Positions 45,103 to 54,270 are shown, counted from the first letter of the stretch. The stretch is 64,000 nucleotides of DNA from Candidatus Saccharimonadales bacterium (GCA_035480055.1 DATIIB010000009.1:149068-213067); one strand, 5' to 3'. Notes: generated by a model not told the origin, from the sequence alone. Made by a program: numbers and translations.

Positions 45103-46230
45103 TCAAACCTGAGTCCAGGTATGCACACCTGTATCGTAGTTAACAATAATGCCCAAATCAGCGGCTTCCACTTGAGTCCAAAGGCCGTTAAGCGTATACG
45201 GCGCGGTAGAACGTAGCTGGTTCGAGCGCAACAAAGGAAACCGAGGACGGACGAGCCCTACATCGGCACCAGTCGCGGCATAAGTGGAGGCCGCCACCCC
45301 AAAACCATCCAGTCGCCAAATGCGCGCCAACGCTTCGCCCACCCCACGATAGGCATCGATTTCGTTATCGGTACGGCCGGTATACCCAATAATGTTGGCC
45401 GTAAAAATCCGAATGCCGAGCGTACTACGATAAGCTCGCGATGCATCACCGCGCGTTTTAATGTCCGAAAAAGTTGCATAGTACGGACTGCTGTAGCTGT
45501 CACTATTAAAGACCCACGATTCCAGAAGGTGCACATCCTGGCTATTTGCATGCGTCACCGTACCACCAGGATTATATGTGGCGTTAACGGCGGAAGAGAA
45601 AACTTCGTCAGGGTTAAACACATTTAAAATAGCTCCGACACCCTTGCTGTGCACATAGTCGATGATGCTATTCTGGCGTGCCCGCGATACACCGTAAGCA
45701 TAGCCAATCACATCGCAGAAAATACCCTTGGCACCAATACTGATCCATTGATCGATTTGGGTCTGCAATGTGCTCAGCGATAAATTACCGGTGGTCACCC
45801 CGCAATCAATATATCCCCACACCACCGTACCAGGCGAGAGGGCGGCAATTTTGTGAATGATGGCCGTCGTGTTGGCGTAGTCACTATTGCCCGGATCTTC
45901 GAGTCCCGTACCCAACACTACATCGTCGTAGCGCGAGAGCACTCCGGCCGCATAGTCATTGTCGTATTTGGCATTGATAATGCTCGCCGGCGCATAGTAG
46001 ATAATCAGTGAACGCAACCCATCGGCGCCGCCCACTTCTGGAGCCAACTTCGCTGCAGTGATGGCGCCATTTGCCACCTTGGCGGAGGTTATTGCGCCAT
46101 CTTGCAACTGTGAAGTACCCACGCTGGAGGCCTTTAGCATTCCATCGGCAGCATGTACCTGCAGAAGATAGTCATTAAGGATAGCACCCCATGAACCGCT
46201 ATCGCTACCAGGGTTCGGAAGTCTTGCCAT
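45103..46230 (-). CDS. Tail-fibre-like N-terminus fused to a putative TIM-barrel glycosidase-like domain
   Basis: N-terminus MARLPNPGSDSGSWGAILNDYLLQVHAADGMLK is shared with the ORF at 49906. The remainder has an alternating beta/alpha pattern (VVWGYIDCG, GAKGIFCDVIGYAYG, VGAILNVFNP). Confidence 0.7.
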   Translation of the reverse strand: MARLPNPGSDSGSWGAILNDYLLQVHAADGMLKASSVGTSQLQDGAITSAKVANGAITAAKLAPEVGGADGLRSLIIYYAPASIINAKYDNDYAAGVLSRYDDVVLGTGLEDPGNSDYANTTAIIHKIAALSPGTVVWGYIDCGVTTGNLSLSTLQTQIDQWISIGAKGIFCDVIGYAYGVSRARQNSIIDYVHSKGVGAILNVFNPDEVFSSAVNATYNPGGTVTHANSQDVHLLESWVFNSDSYSSPYYATFSDIKTRGDASRAYRSTLGIRIFTANIIGYTGRTDNEIDAYRGVGEALARIWRLDGFGVAASTYAATGADVGLVRPRFPLLRSNQLRSTAPYTLNGLWTQVEAADLGIIVNYDTGVHTWTQV

Positions 46231-46392
46231 ATTGCTTATTATTATACGAGTCGCAGGATGTTTTTGGTAGGGAAGCTCTTAAATACGTCATCTTGGGGCG
46301 ATTCACTTTTTTCTCAGAGGCGTCAGTGTGCACCCCTATATTTTTGCCCCTGGCTCACACAGCTTTCTTTGAGCAAATGGTATAGTAAGAAT

Positions 46393-46716
46393 ATGCACTA
46401 TCTTGGTCTTCGCCATAAACACGAGCGCGCGGTTGGTGCCAAACAGACGCACGAAACGGGTTACACCAAGCTCCTTGATAAAGTCACTTTTATCGTTGGG
46501 GTTATCGGGCCGTTTACCGTGTTGCCGCAAATTTACAGTATTTTTTCAACCCATTCCGCTGCCGGAGTTTCCCTCTTTACCTGGAGCTTGATGTTTATCG
46601 TGACATTTCCTTGGGTGCTGTATGGGTTTGCACACAAAGACAAGAGCATCGTGGCTAGCTTTATTCTGTGGGAGGTCGTCAACTTGACCGTGGTAATTGG
46701 GATTTTGATGTACTGA
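46393..46716 (+). CDS. Small 3-TM PQ-loop / SemiSWEET-like protein
   Basis: 107 aa from the ATG at 46393. PQ motif in TVLPQIYSIF, with three hydrophobic helices. Confidence 0.5.
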   Translation: MHYLGLRHKHERAVGAKQTHETGYTKLLDKVTFIVGVIGPFTVLPQIYSIFSTHSAAGVSLFTWSLMFIVTFPWVLYGFAHKDKSIVASFILWEVVNLTVVIGILMY

Positions 46717-46734
46717 CAGGTAGGGAGGAATCGC

Positions 46735-47655
46735 ATGGCAGAAGGCATCTTTCAAGAAACTACACTTTCTATCCGAGGGAATACCATTGCCGTGGCCAAG
46801 ACAGGGAACATCGACGCACCAGCCATTCTCTTTTTGCATGGCTGGCCGCAAAGTTGGCAGGCCTGGCAATCAGTGATGGGTTTGGCGAGCCAAAACTTTC
46901 GGGCTGTAGCGATCGATCTGCCAGGAATCGGAGGCTCCACGTGGCCCGATGCAGATGGCAGCAAACGGGCAATTGCCGACATTGTGCACCAAGTTATCCA
47001 GCAGCTTGAGCTCAAACACGTCACCCTCGTAGGGCATGACGTTGGCGGCCAAGTCACCTACGCCTATTTGACCCAGCACGAAAACTCAATTGACCAGGCG
47101 GTAATTATCGACGTTGCGATTCCCGGCCTTGCACCCTGGGAAGAGGTGTTGCGTAATCCATACATTTGGCACTTTGCGTTCCATGCGGTTCCGCGGCTAC
47201 CCGAGCAGCTAGTCCAAGGCAAACAAGCTGATTATTTTAATTACTTTTACGATACTATCGCGGCAAATTCCTCTGCCATTACACCTAAAAATCGCCAGGC
47301 GTACGTTGCGGCCTATCGTCGTGACGACTCGCTGTCTGCAGGTTTTGAATGGTACCGCGCCTTTGCTCAAGACACCAAAGACAATCAAAGCTTCATTCAA
47401 AATGGCGGTACAATACACACCCCGTTGCTGTATATTCGCGGCGAAAAGACGCACGCTGACATCAATGTCTACCAGGCTGGCTTCATTGACGGTGGCGTTA
47501 CAAATATTGCCACTGAAGTAATCGCAAACAGTGGTCACTTTGTTGCAGAGGAACAACCCCGTGCGCTATGGGAGAGTATTCAGCGTTTTATTCAGCATGC
47601 TGAGGCACAACAGCCAATTGACGAACGCACAGATAAATCAACACGACAGTTATGA
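46735..47655 (+). CDS. Alpha/beta hydrolase (epoxide-hydrolase/haloalkane-dehalogenase-like)
   Basis: ILFLHGWPQSWQAW (HGWP oxyanion motif) and LVGHDVGGQV nucleophile region. Confidence 0.8.
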   Translation: MAEGIFQETTLSIRGNTIAVAKTGNIDAPAILFLHGWPQSWQAWQSVMGLASQNFRAVAIDLPGIGGSTWPDADGSKRAIADIVHQVIQQLELKHVTLVGHDVGGQVTYAYLTQHENSIDQAVIIDVAIPGLAPWEEVLRNPYIWHFAFHAVPRLPEQLVQGKQADYFNYFYDTIAANSSAITPKNRQAYVAAYRRDDSLSAGFEWYRAFAQDTKDNQSFIQNGGTIHTPLLYIRGEKTHADINVYQAGFIDGGVTNIATEVIANSGHFVAEEQPRALWESIQRFIQHAEAQQPIDERTDKSTRQL

Positions 47656-48325
47656 CATTGAGAAAAATAAGCGAAACCGGAAATGCAAGTGTCACAAAGT
47701 TGTAAGAACCGATCGCCGCAATAACTAAACTCTGGCGAATAGTGTTAAGCGTATAGTTCGAAGCTGGCTCAGAACTCGGATGTGACCAAATCTTGCGGTA
47801 CGTTGACGCAAACGCTAGCCCATCGGTAATGGTCGCTGCCAAAATCGAAATTGGGCCAGTGCTATACAGTACCAAAATGACAATGCTTGCAATAGCCCCG
47901 CCAAAACACCACTGATCCATGGTGGTCAGCTTGTGATCGGCCGTTCCAGTGCGCCACTGCCACAGAGCAATCACAAAAATCACCGCCGAAAGCACCATCA
48001 TCATAAAAGTCGACCAAGCACCCGGGCCAGCAGCATGCGACCACTGGTTGAGCCAGACAATCGCATTCATTATCGACCAAATCAGCCAGCTATAAAGATG
48101 TGGTCGACTTTTGCCCCACAGCGCGTCCAGGGCAAAATGCCCCAGCCCGGCCGTACTCAGTCCAACCGTCACCCAGCCAACTAGCACTTTAGCGGTAAAC
48201 GCGGTCGGCGTCGTGCTGGACACGCCGGCAGCTAGTACAAAGCCAATAATAAATAGGCCGATCGACAGTATCCATACGCCTCGTGCCGTTCCAAGCAAAG
48301 GAGCAATGTATTTTTTCATTACCAT
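47588..48325 (-). CDS. Hypothetical polytopic membrane protein (paralog of 43722-44375)
   Basis: 245 aa with about 7 helices and the block SRPHLYSWLIWSIMNAIVW. Its 3' end overlaps the convergent hydrolase gene by 68 nt. Confidence 0.6.
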   Translation of the reverse strand: MVMKKYIAPLLGTARGVWILSIGLFIIGFVLAAGVSSTTPTAFTAKVLVGWVTVGLSTAGLGHFALDALWGKSRPHLYSWLIWSIMNAIVWLNQWSHAAGPGAWSTFMMMVLSAVIFVIALWQWRTGTADHKLTTMDQWCFGGAIASIVILVLYSTGPISILAATITDGLAFASTYRKIWSHPSSEPASNYTLNTIRQSLVIAAIGSYNFVTLAFPVSLIFLNVITVVLIYLCVRQLAVVPQHAE

Positions 48326-48421
48326 GCCAATTATGCCGGAATTATGTAAAATGGACTATACGGAATGGCTACATCTAGGGTCGGAGGCACTTCAGTGAAG
48401 GCAGGCTAGAAGGGAAGAACA

Positions 48422-49093
48422 CTAGACCTTTAGGCCAAGGCGTTGCGCATTGGCACGAGCGGAGGACGCCACGCGTTTTGCAGCATCAGGCGTATATTTA
48501 TTGTAGAGACCATTTACTCTCATACGCCAGTCCGGTCTCGTACGCATCAAGCGATCGAACGGAGCATATAGCTCCTGGGGGAGTTGCGAGCCCTGCGCCT
48601 GATGCAATAATCGCTGGCTAATGCCATCACGTGGCCGTAAATATGGACGGCAATTCGTGAGAGCAAGATGAGTTTGCGCCAAAACGGTCTGGACAGGAAT
48701 ACCAAACACAGTTTCAGCAACGACCGGTTCCATAACAGCGGGATGAAGCGATTCAGAAAATCCTCGCTGCTCTGATTGTAGTATCCAGTCATCTCCTTCC
48801 CTTATGATAGCCAGCTCGGTACCTCTAAAAGCTCGAGTATCTACTTCAAACGGATGAGACACCATGTCCACTGCAGTGGTAATGATATCAATATCTCGAG
48901 GCTCTTTCCCTGAAGTCAATGGCGTCTCTCCACGTGCGTCATATTCTATATTCGGCATAGCAAGCGCAGCATTAAATAGCGACGCGCGGCCTAACGAGCC
49001 CATAACAAGCAGATCGGGGTCACGTTGATAAAGTACCTCAATCTGCGATGCAAGCGCATCGGGTGTATGCAGGGTAGCCTCATACTTTAGCAT
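48422..49093 (-). CDS. Hypothetical protein, possible nucleotidyltransferase fold
   Basis: 223-aa ORF. LVMGSLGRASL ... PRDIDIITT loosely fits G-S...D-x-D. Weak functional call. Confidence 0.5.
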   Translation of the reverse strand: MLKYEATLHTPDALASQIEVLYQRDPDLLVMGSLGRASLFNAALAMPNIEYDARGETPLTSGKEPRDIDIITTAVDMVSHPFEVDTRAFRGTELAIIREGDDWILQSEQRGFSESLHPAVMEPVVAETVFGIPVQTVLAQTHLALTNCRPYLRPRDGISQRLLHQAQGSQLPQELYAPFDRLMRTRPDWRMRVNGLYNKYTPDAAKRVASSARANAQRLGLKV

Positions 49094-49155
49094 AGTAGCA
49101 ATTTATACCATATTATAAGTAAAAAAGCAATACTATAATAAAATATCTAGACTGA

Positions 49156-49386
49156 TTACTTCGTCTGTTTAGTAAGATCCAAAACGTACAGTTTGATGCC
49201 AGATGGCCCCTCGATGAGTAGACCTTCACCACATGAAACCTCGAACGGCTTACTCAAAATAACAATGCCCGCTTCTTTAGCGGCTTCGTAGAATTCTTGG
49301 ACGTTGTCCACGAGGTAGTATGGATCACCGTGCAGACTGCTATCTATCGTCTCGGAAAGGTCAATGCAGAGGCTATTGTTCTGCAT
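49156..49386 (-). CDS. Short VOC/glyoxalase-like single module (possible gene remnant)
   Basis: 76 aa. YYLVDNVQEFYEAAKEAGIVILSKPFE...GLLIEGPSGIKLYVLD looks like one beta-alpha-beta3 VOC half-domain. Confidence 0.35.
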   Translation of the reverse strand: MQNNSLCIDLSETIDSSLHGDPYYLVDNVQEFYEAAKEAGIVILSKPFEVSCGEGLLIEGPSGIKLYVLDLTKQTK

Positions 49387-49407
49387 GTGGAGGTTGCACC
49401 ACTTAGT

Positions 49408-49728
49408 TCACTCACCCTGTCCAGGCATCTTGTCTCTTTGGTAGTAGAATGCCATCGTCTGGACATAGCCGTTGTCGCCGCATACGAATACTTCTTTCGT
49501 TTCTGGCTTCTTGCTTTGAAAATACCCGCCCTTTTTAATTGTTCGCGGTTCCACTTGCGGGCCGTTACAGTCTGCAAGCGCTACCTCGGCTACAGCCTTA
49601 ATCAAGGCATCTGACTTCGCTGCAGCCGCGGCCTCGCCAGTTGGCGACGGTGTTTGCATCTCAACAAAGAGCACTTCACGGCATACTGTGATACGCGGAC
49701 ATAATGAAAGGCATTCTGGACGGGACAT
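49408..49728 (-). CDS. Hypothetical ORF immediately upstream of the VOC-like module (possibly part of a disrupted gene)
   Basis: 106-aa ORF ending 21 nt before the next ORF on the same strand. No family recognised. Confidence 0.3.
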   Translation of the reverse strand: MSRPECLSLCPRITVCREVLFVEMQTPSPTGEAAAAAKSDALIKAVAEVALADCNGPQVEPRTIKKGGYFQSKKPETKEVFVCGDNGYVQTMAFYYQRDKMPGQGE

Positions 49729-49905
49729 ATATCGAATTTACTATGGTACATAATGGGTGATAATGCAAGTTTCTTGCGCGTGACCAAATAATCACCTACA
49801 CTAAACATAAAGATTATTAAATCGAAGCGGTGCGAGGGTTTAAAAAGATGAGTTTCATCATGGTTGCACGTACTAGCCACACCCTTGCGAAGGTTTGCCT
49901 ACAAA

Positions 49906-51288
49906 ATGGCTCGGCTTCCTAACCCTGGCGGCGACAATGGTATATGGGGTGATACCCTCAATGATTTTTTGGGCCAATCGCATACTGCAGATGGATCGTT
50001 AAAGTCTACCAAAATCTCTGATGCTGGCGCAGAGATGGTCGTAAACAAAAACCAAACCAGCGGGTATGCTGGCCTAGATAGCAATGGAAAAGTGCTACAG
50101 TCCGCCCTGCGATACGGCATCTCACAGCAAGCGCAGCTGGTGTATGACCCATGCGATCTGATAGCAACTAACGATGACTTAAATGCCTTTGGATACTATG
50201 TCTACGATAATGGCAGTAACGGTGTTGGCGCAACGATCACCGCTCCATCGAATGGCCGTCTGGTTGCGAGCAGCACACCGGTGTCGAATGGCCAACGTAT
50301 CGCGGTCCATGCAACTAACTACTACGGTTCTATGGCATACTCTGGTGTCTATGTCGTGACAGCGGCAGGCGGTACTTCGTCAGCATTTGTGTTAACACGA
50401 GCAAGCGATGCAAATACGTCAGCAAAGCTAGGTATAGTTTTTGCGGTTCGAATCCTTGCCAACGGCTCGACGGCGTATTTCCAGCCAGAGACGTATCCCT
50501 TTGTTATTGGCACAGATCCTGTTTCGGTCGCGACAGCCGCACTTGGATCCTATGCCGAAATTGGCAGCACGGCATCGGCACAATTTGCGCACGCCGAAGG
50601 TGAAGGAAATGCTTCGGGTGCGCGTGCCCATGCTGAAGGCACCGCTTACGCATTTGGTGACACCTCGCATGCTGAAGGCAGCGGTACGGCCAGAGGCGAT
50701 CAATCTCATGCTGAAGGAGGAAGCACTGCCTGGGATTACGCGGGGCATGCAGAATCAGGCGCGACAGCGCATGGCAACTACTCTCATGCTGAAAATATCG
50801 CAACTACTAACAGTGACTATGCTCATGCCGAGGGAAACGCAAATACATATGCAAACGGTATGCATGCCGAAGGTTTTGCCCAAGGCGGTATTGGTGGTCA
50901 GTTTAGCCGGGTAACGCGCGGAGCTTTTACGAACGACAGCAACCCTACGACTATGATCGATGCTTTTAGCGGTGTTGGATTGGCTTTACCATCCAGCTAT
51001 AACAAGACGGCTCTGGTGACTGTACGGGTTGTGGCTCGGCGCACTATTACATTTGGTGAAGTTTCGGCCTGGACAGCGCAATGCGTTATTGATGGTGACG
51101 GCAGTAGCGCCTATCGGTTTGTCGGCAGTCCAGCATTTAGCTTAGTGACACAGGATGCTGGGGCAAGCGCTTGGTCGGTCAATAGCCTGTCGCTCAACGG
51201 TAGTCGGTTGGAAATCGTCGTGAATGGCGAGAACGGCAAAGTCATCTACTGGACGGCAACAATTGAACTTGATGAAGTCGGTCAATAA
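49906..51288 (+). CDS. Tail-fibre-like repeat protein
   Basis: Starts at MARLPNPGGDNGIWGDTLNDFLGQSHTADGSLK (ATG at 49906), followed by eight 13-residue HAEG repeats and a beta-rich C-terminus. Confidence 0.75.
   Translation: MARLPNPGGDNGIWGDTLNDFLGQSHTADGSLKSTKISDAGAEMVVNKNQTSGYAGLDSNGKVLQSALRYGISQQAQLVYDPCDLIATNDDLNAFGYYVYDNGSNGVGATITAPSNGRLVASSTPVSNGQRIAVHATNYYGSMAYSGVYVVTAAGGTSSAFVLTRASDANTSAKLGIVFAVRILANGSTAYFQPETYPFVIGTDPVSVATAALGSYAEIGSTASAQFAHAEGEGNASGARAHAEGTAYAFGDTSHAEGSGTARGDQSHAEGGSTAWDYAGHAESGATAHGNYSHAENIATTNSDYAHAEGNANTYANGMHAEGFAQGGIGGQFSRVTRGAFTNDSNPTTMIDAFSGVGLALPSSYNKTALVTVRVVARRTITFGEVSAWTAQCVIDGDGSSAYRFVGSPAFSLVTQDAGASAWSVNSLSLNGSRLEIVVNGENGKVIYWTATIELDEVGQ
50584..50895 (+). 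repeat. Eight tandem 13-codon (39-nt) coding repeats with HAE[GSN] core
   Basis: FAHAEGEGNASGA / RAHAEGTAYAFGD / TSHAEGSGTARGD / QSHAEGGSTAWDY / AGHAESGATAHGN / YSHAENIATTNSD / YAHAEGNANTYAN / GMHAEGFAQGGIG. His falls every 13 residues. Confidence 0.85.
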
Positions 51289-51910
51289 CACTTCGCTGGG
51301 AGTGGGCATCCTTGCGGTGCCAGAGCGGCGACCGCGAGTAATGCGACTCACCAAACAGCTGGGGCTTGATGACGCTACCATTGCCTGGGATACGCATCAT
51401 GACGGTCATGTACTGAATTGGTGGCGTGCGGTCGAAATTGCTTGTCGCGACAATCCAACCCATGCATTAATTTTGGAAGATGACGCCGAACCGTGCCTGG
51501 ATTTTCTGCCAGCTGTCAGGAAGCTCATCGAACGCTATCCCGACCTGGTTATGAGCTTTTTTTCCGTGAAAGACAGTGCTCAGCAGCAAAATCGTCTTAC
51601 TTTGACGGAACACTATGGCCTCAGTGATGTGGCTGTCGTTTATCCCCGGGGTGTGTTAGAAGATTTACGTCTTGAGTTCAAGGCGCGCGGCGACGAACTT
51701 ACAAAGACGCAGTGGCAAGCAGGAGGAGGCGCCGACGAAATGCGCATAAAATTGCAGCCAATGCAAAAATCGTGGAGTACTATGCCAAGCCTGGTGCAGC
51801 ATGGGTGTCCAAACGAAAGTACCCTCGGACATCATTTCGCGCACCGGTTGTCGCCGTCATTTATCGGCACACACACCAGCGCCTTACTGTTAGACTGGTC
51901 ACAGCTATGA
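51272..51910 (+). CDS. Glycosyltransferase, GT25-like
   Basis: THALILEDDAEPCLDF resembles the GT25 LILEDD motif. The start at 51272 overlaps the upstream stop. Confidence 0.5.
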   Translation: MKSVNNTSLGVGILAVPERRPRVMRLTKQLGLDDATIAWDTHHDGHVLNWWRAVEIACRDNPTHALILEDDAEPCLDFLPAVRKLIERYPDLVMSFFSVKDSAQQQNRLTLTEHYGLSDVAVVYPRGVLEDLRLEFKARGDELTKTQWQAGGGADEMRIKLQPMQKSWSTMPSLVQHGCPNESTLGHHFAHRLSPSFIGTHTSALLLDWSQL

Positions 51911-52512
51911 AGATTGCGGCTGTCATTCCAACCCTTGGTGAACGTCCTGAGCTTGCAGAACTGACACGGCAACTTGTCGCTGAAGATGTCGATGTGCTCG
52001 TGTTAGGGCTACCCGGCGAGAATTTGCATCATATTTGGAATCATGGTGCACGCATGGCACGAGATTGGCGCAAGGCCGATGTTGTCGCGATTTTAAATGA
52101 TGACCTTCGCTTGCCTGCGGGTAGCCTTGCGGCAATGGCGAACAGCATGCTTGAAAAGGGATTTGCCTGCGTTGGCGTTGACAGCAAAGCTGCATTTGGC
52201 ATTGGGAAGGATGTGCATATTGACGAAATGACCGGCGGCGGTGAACGGCTTATGGAAGGCATCACGACTTGGTGTTTCATCGTAAGGGCAGACGCGTGGC
52301 AGGATATCGATGAACAATATGAATGGTGGTATGGTGTCGGCGATCTGTTCGAAAAGGTTCAATCAGCTGGCGGGAGACTCGGCGCTGTACGAGGAATCGG
52401 TATCGAACACGCGCTGTCTGGGACGGCAAGAAATCATCCATGGACAGAAGCTGCAAAGTTGCGAGACGCCAAACGCTGGAGGGAATCACATCGTGCACGC
52501 CCCAGCTCGTGA
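51907..52512 (+). CDS. Family 2 glycosyltransferase
   Basis: MKIAAVIPTLGERPELAELTRQL and AILNDDLRLP (DxD-like). ATGA overlap with the upstream gene. Confidence 0.65.
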   Translation: MKIAAVIPTLGERPELAELTRQLVAEDVDVLVLGLPGENLHHIWNHGARMARDWRKADVVAILNDDLRLPAGSLAAMANSMLEKGFACVGVDSKAAFGIGKDVHIDEMTGGGERLMEGITTWCFIVRADAWQDIDEQYEWWYGVGDLFEKVQSAGGRLGAVRGIGIEHALSGTARNHPWTEAAKLRDAKRWRESHRARPSS

Positions 52513-53611
52513 GTTTGTCGTAAAAACACTCGCGGAGTACGGGCCGATTACTGGCGATGTTGTCGAATTCGGCAGCCGCGACGCCAACGGTGGCGTGCGA
52601 GATCTTTTTCCGGCCGCGCGTTCGTATTTGGGTATCGATAGCACTGACGGCGAAGGCGTAGACCTCCTATGCGACGCAGGGAAATGGCAGCCGGACAAGG
52701 CGTATGCCTGCGTTATTACTACTGAAACATTTGAGCATGCGGCAAACTGGCAAGATATGCTGCGGGTTGGCGCGCAGGCCTTGGCACCAGATGGAATCAT
52801 GATAGTTACCTGCGCCACGGCTATGCGCAAACCTCACTCGGCGACCGTACCGGATAGCCGACCACAACTGGGTGAATATTATGGCAATGTGCAGGAAGAA
52901 CATTTTCGCCAGGCCGCTGAATTGGTCGGATTTACGGTTGAGATTACAATTAACGGCAATGATCTTTATGCTATTTGTCGACGACGAGCTCCGAAAGGAC
53001 CTTTAAAAATCATTGGTGCTGGCATGTGGCGCACGGGGACTGTGTCGCTCAAAAGTGCGCTCGAAACCCTGACCGAGCAGCCATCTCATCATATGACCGA
53101 GCTGCTCATTCATCCTCAACAGGTCAACGAATGGTTGTCGGTGGTTAATGGCATGCGGCCAAATTGGGATTATTTACTTCATGATTATGGCAGTACACTT
53201 GATTGGCCAAGTCTGGCATTCTGGAATGACCTACAGCAAACCTATCCGGATGCACTAGTGTTGCTATCGACGCGTGATCCCGAGGAATGGTGGCAAAGTG
53301 TTAGTGCCACGGTACTAAAAAGCGCTCCAACGCGCGAAACTGCCCGGTCTCCCTGGGAACTTTTGGTCGTCGCCTTGTTTGAAAACTATTTTGTTGGTCG
53401 TTTGCCTACCAAACGACAAGCCATCCAAGCATACAACGAGCATAACGATCTGGTTCGGCGTACCGTTGCACCGAACCGATTGATCGAATGGACACCCTCC
53501 GACGGGTGGACGCCACTATGCCGTGCGCTTGATAAGCCGATACCGGATCGGCCATTCCCTCATTTGAATACAGCTGCGGAGTATCGGCGGAATAATAAGG
53601 TTGAGGGTTAG
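52493..53611 (+). CDS. Fusion protein: class I SAM-methyltransferase-like N-domain + sulfotransferase-like C-domain
   Basis: GTG at 52493 with GGAGGG 7 nt upstream. DVVEFGSRDANGG (motif I-like). KIIGAGMWRTGTVSLKSAL resembles the sulfotransferase 5'-PSB loop. Confidence 0.6.
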   Translation: MHAPAREFVVKTLAEYGPITGDVVEFGSRDANGGVRDLFPAARSYLGIDSTDGEGVDLLCDAGKWQPDKAYACVITTETFEHAANWQDMLRVGAQALAPDGIMIVTCATAMRKPHSATVPDSRPQLGEYYGNVQEEHFRQAAELVGFTVEITINGNDLYAICRRRAPKGPLKIIGAGMWRTGTVSLKSALETLTEQPSHHMTELLIHPQQVNEWLSVVNGMRPNWDYLLHDYGSTLDWPSLAFWNDLQQTYPDALVLLSTRDPEEWWQSVSATVLKSAPTRETARSPWELLVVALFENYFVGRLPTKRQAIQAYNEHNDLVRRTVAPNRLIEWTPSDGWTPLCRALDKPIPDRPFPHLNTAAEYRRNNKVEG

Positions 53612-53639
53612 GGTTGTGGTAAGAAAAAAGAATGAGAGA

Positions 53640-54071
53640 CTAGTTACTTCGCAGAACTCTTATAGCCTTCTTCAGAAGGTCTTTACTGTCATCATGCGTC
53701 AGGCGTTCTAATGCTTCATCCTCTGTAAGCCAGAGATTTTCAAAGTTCTCATCCTCTTGATGGATAGGCACAGGTACTTCATCTTCATCAATCAATTCAA
53801 GCAAAAAATGATAGACGGTCTTTTTGTAGTGCTTACCGTCGTCCTCGTCGAATTCGTAAGAGATTTCACCCAATGGAGCTTTAATCTTCACTCGATAGCC
53901 GGTTTCTTCTAAAACCTCTCGAACGGCAGTTTGTTCAGGTGTTTCACCTGCTTCGATCGTACCTTTCGGGAGAATAATTTGATTGTAGTCCAGCGCATTA
54001 ACTACTAAAAATTTACCGTTATTGTGGACTATACCGCCCGCTGATCTTTTTTGGATTGTATCTTTATGCAT
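53640..54071 (-). CDS. Nudix hydrolase
   Basis: Nudix box [23 protein letters not shown]. Start at the ATG at 54071, immediately downstream of a TATAAT. Confidence 0.8.
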   Translation of the reverse strand: MHKDTIQKRSAGGIVHNNGKFLVVNALDYNQIILPKGTIEAGETPEQTAVREVLEETGYRVKIKAPLGEISYEFDEDDGKHYKKTVYHFLLELIDEDEVPVPIHQEDENFENLWLTEDEALERLTHDDSKDLLKKAIRVLRSN

Positions 54072-54078
54072 ATGTTTT

Positions 54079-54084
54079 ATTATA
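54079..54084 (-). promoter_or_regulatory. -10 hexamer giving a leaderless Nudix mRNA
   Basis: Minus-strand TATAAT is followed by 7 nt and then the ATG. Confidence 0.45.
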
Positions 54085-54270
54085 CGTATAATTGCTTTTT
54101 CACCCACCCTGTTCGCCCTTCGGCGAAACGCTTCAATCTCAAAAGAATAGGAGGGATCTAGCACGGATCTCGCTGCTCGATGCAAGCACCTACGTGCTCA
54201 ATTCTGTGCGACCCGGCTTGTGTCTTGGCCGTTGGCAAATCCGCGTCGGTGAATCGCATTTTTCATCTCT

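Noticed and set aside
46313-46336. On the minus strand, GGGGTGC...CTCTGAG in the 5' region of the fibre-glycosidase gene resembles the start of a TPP riboswitch.
   Set aside because: The downstream conserved ACCTGATCTGGATAATGCCAGCG core is absent, so only a chance partial match remains.
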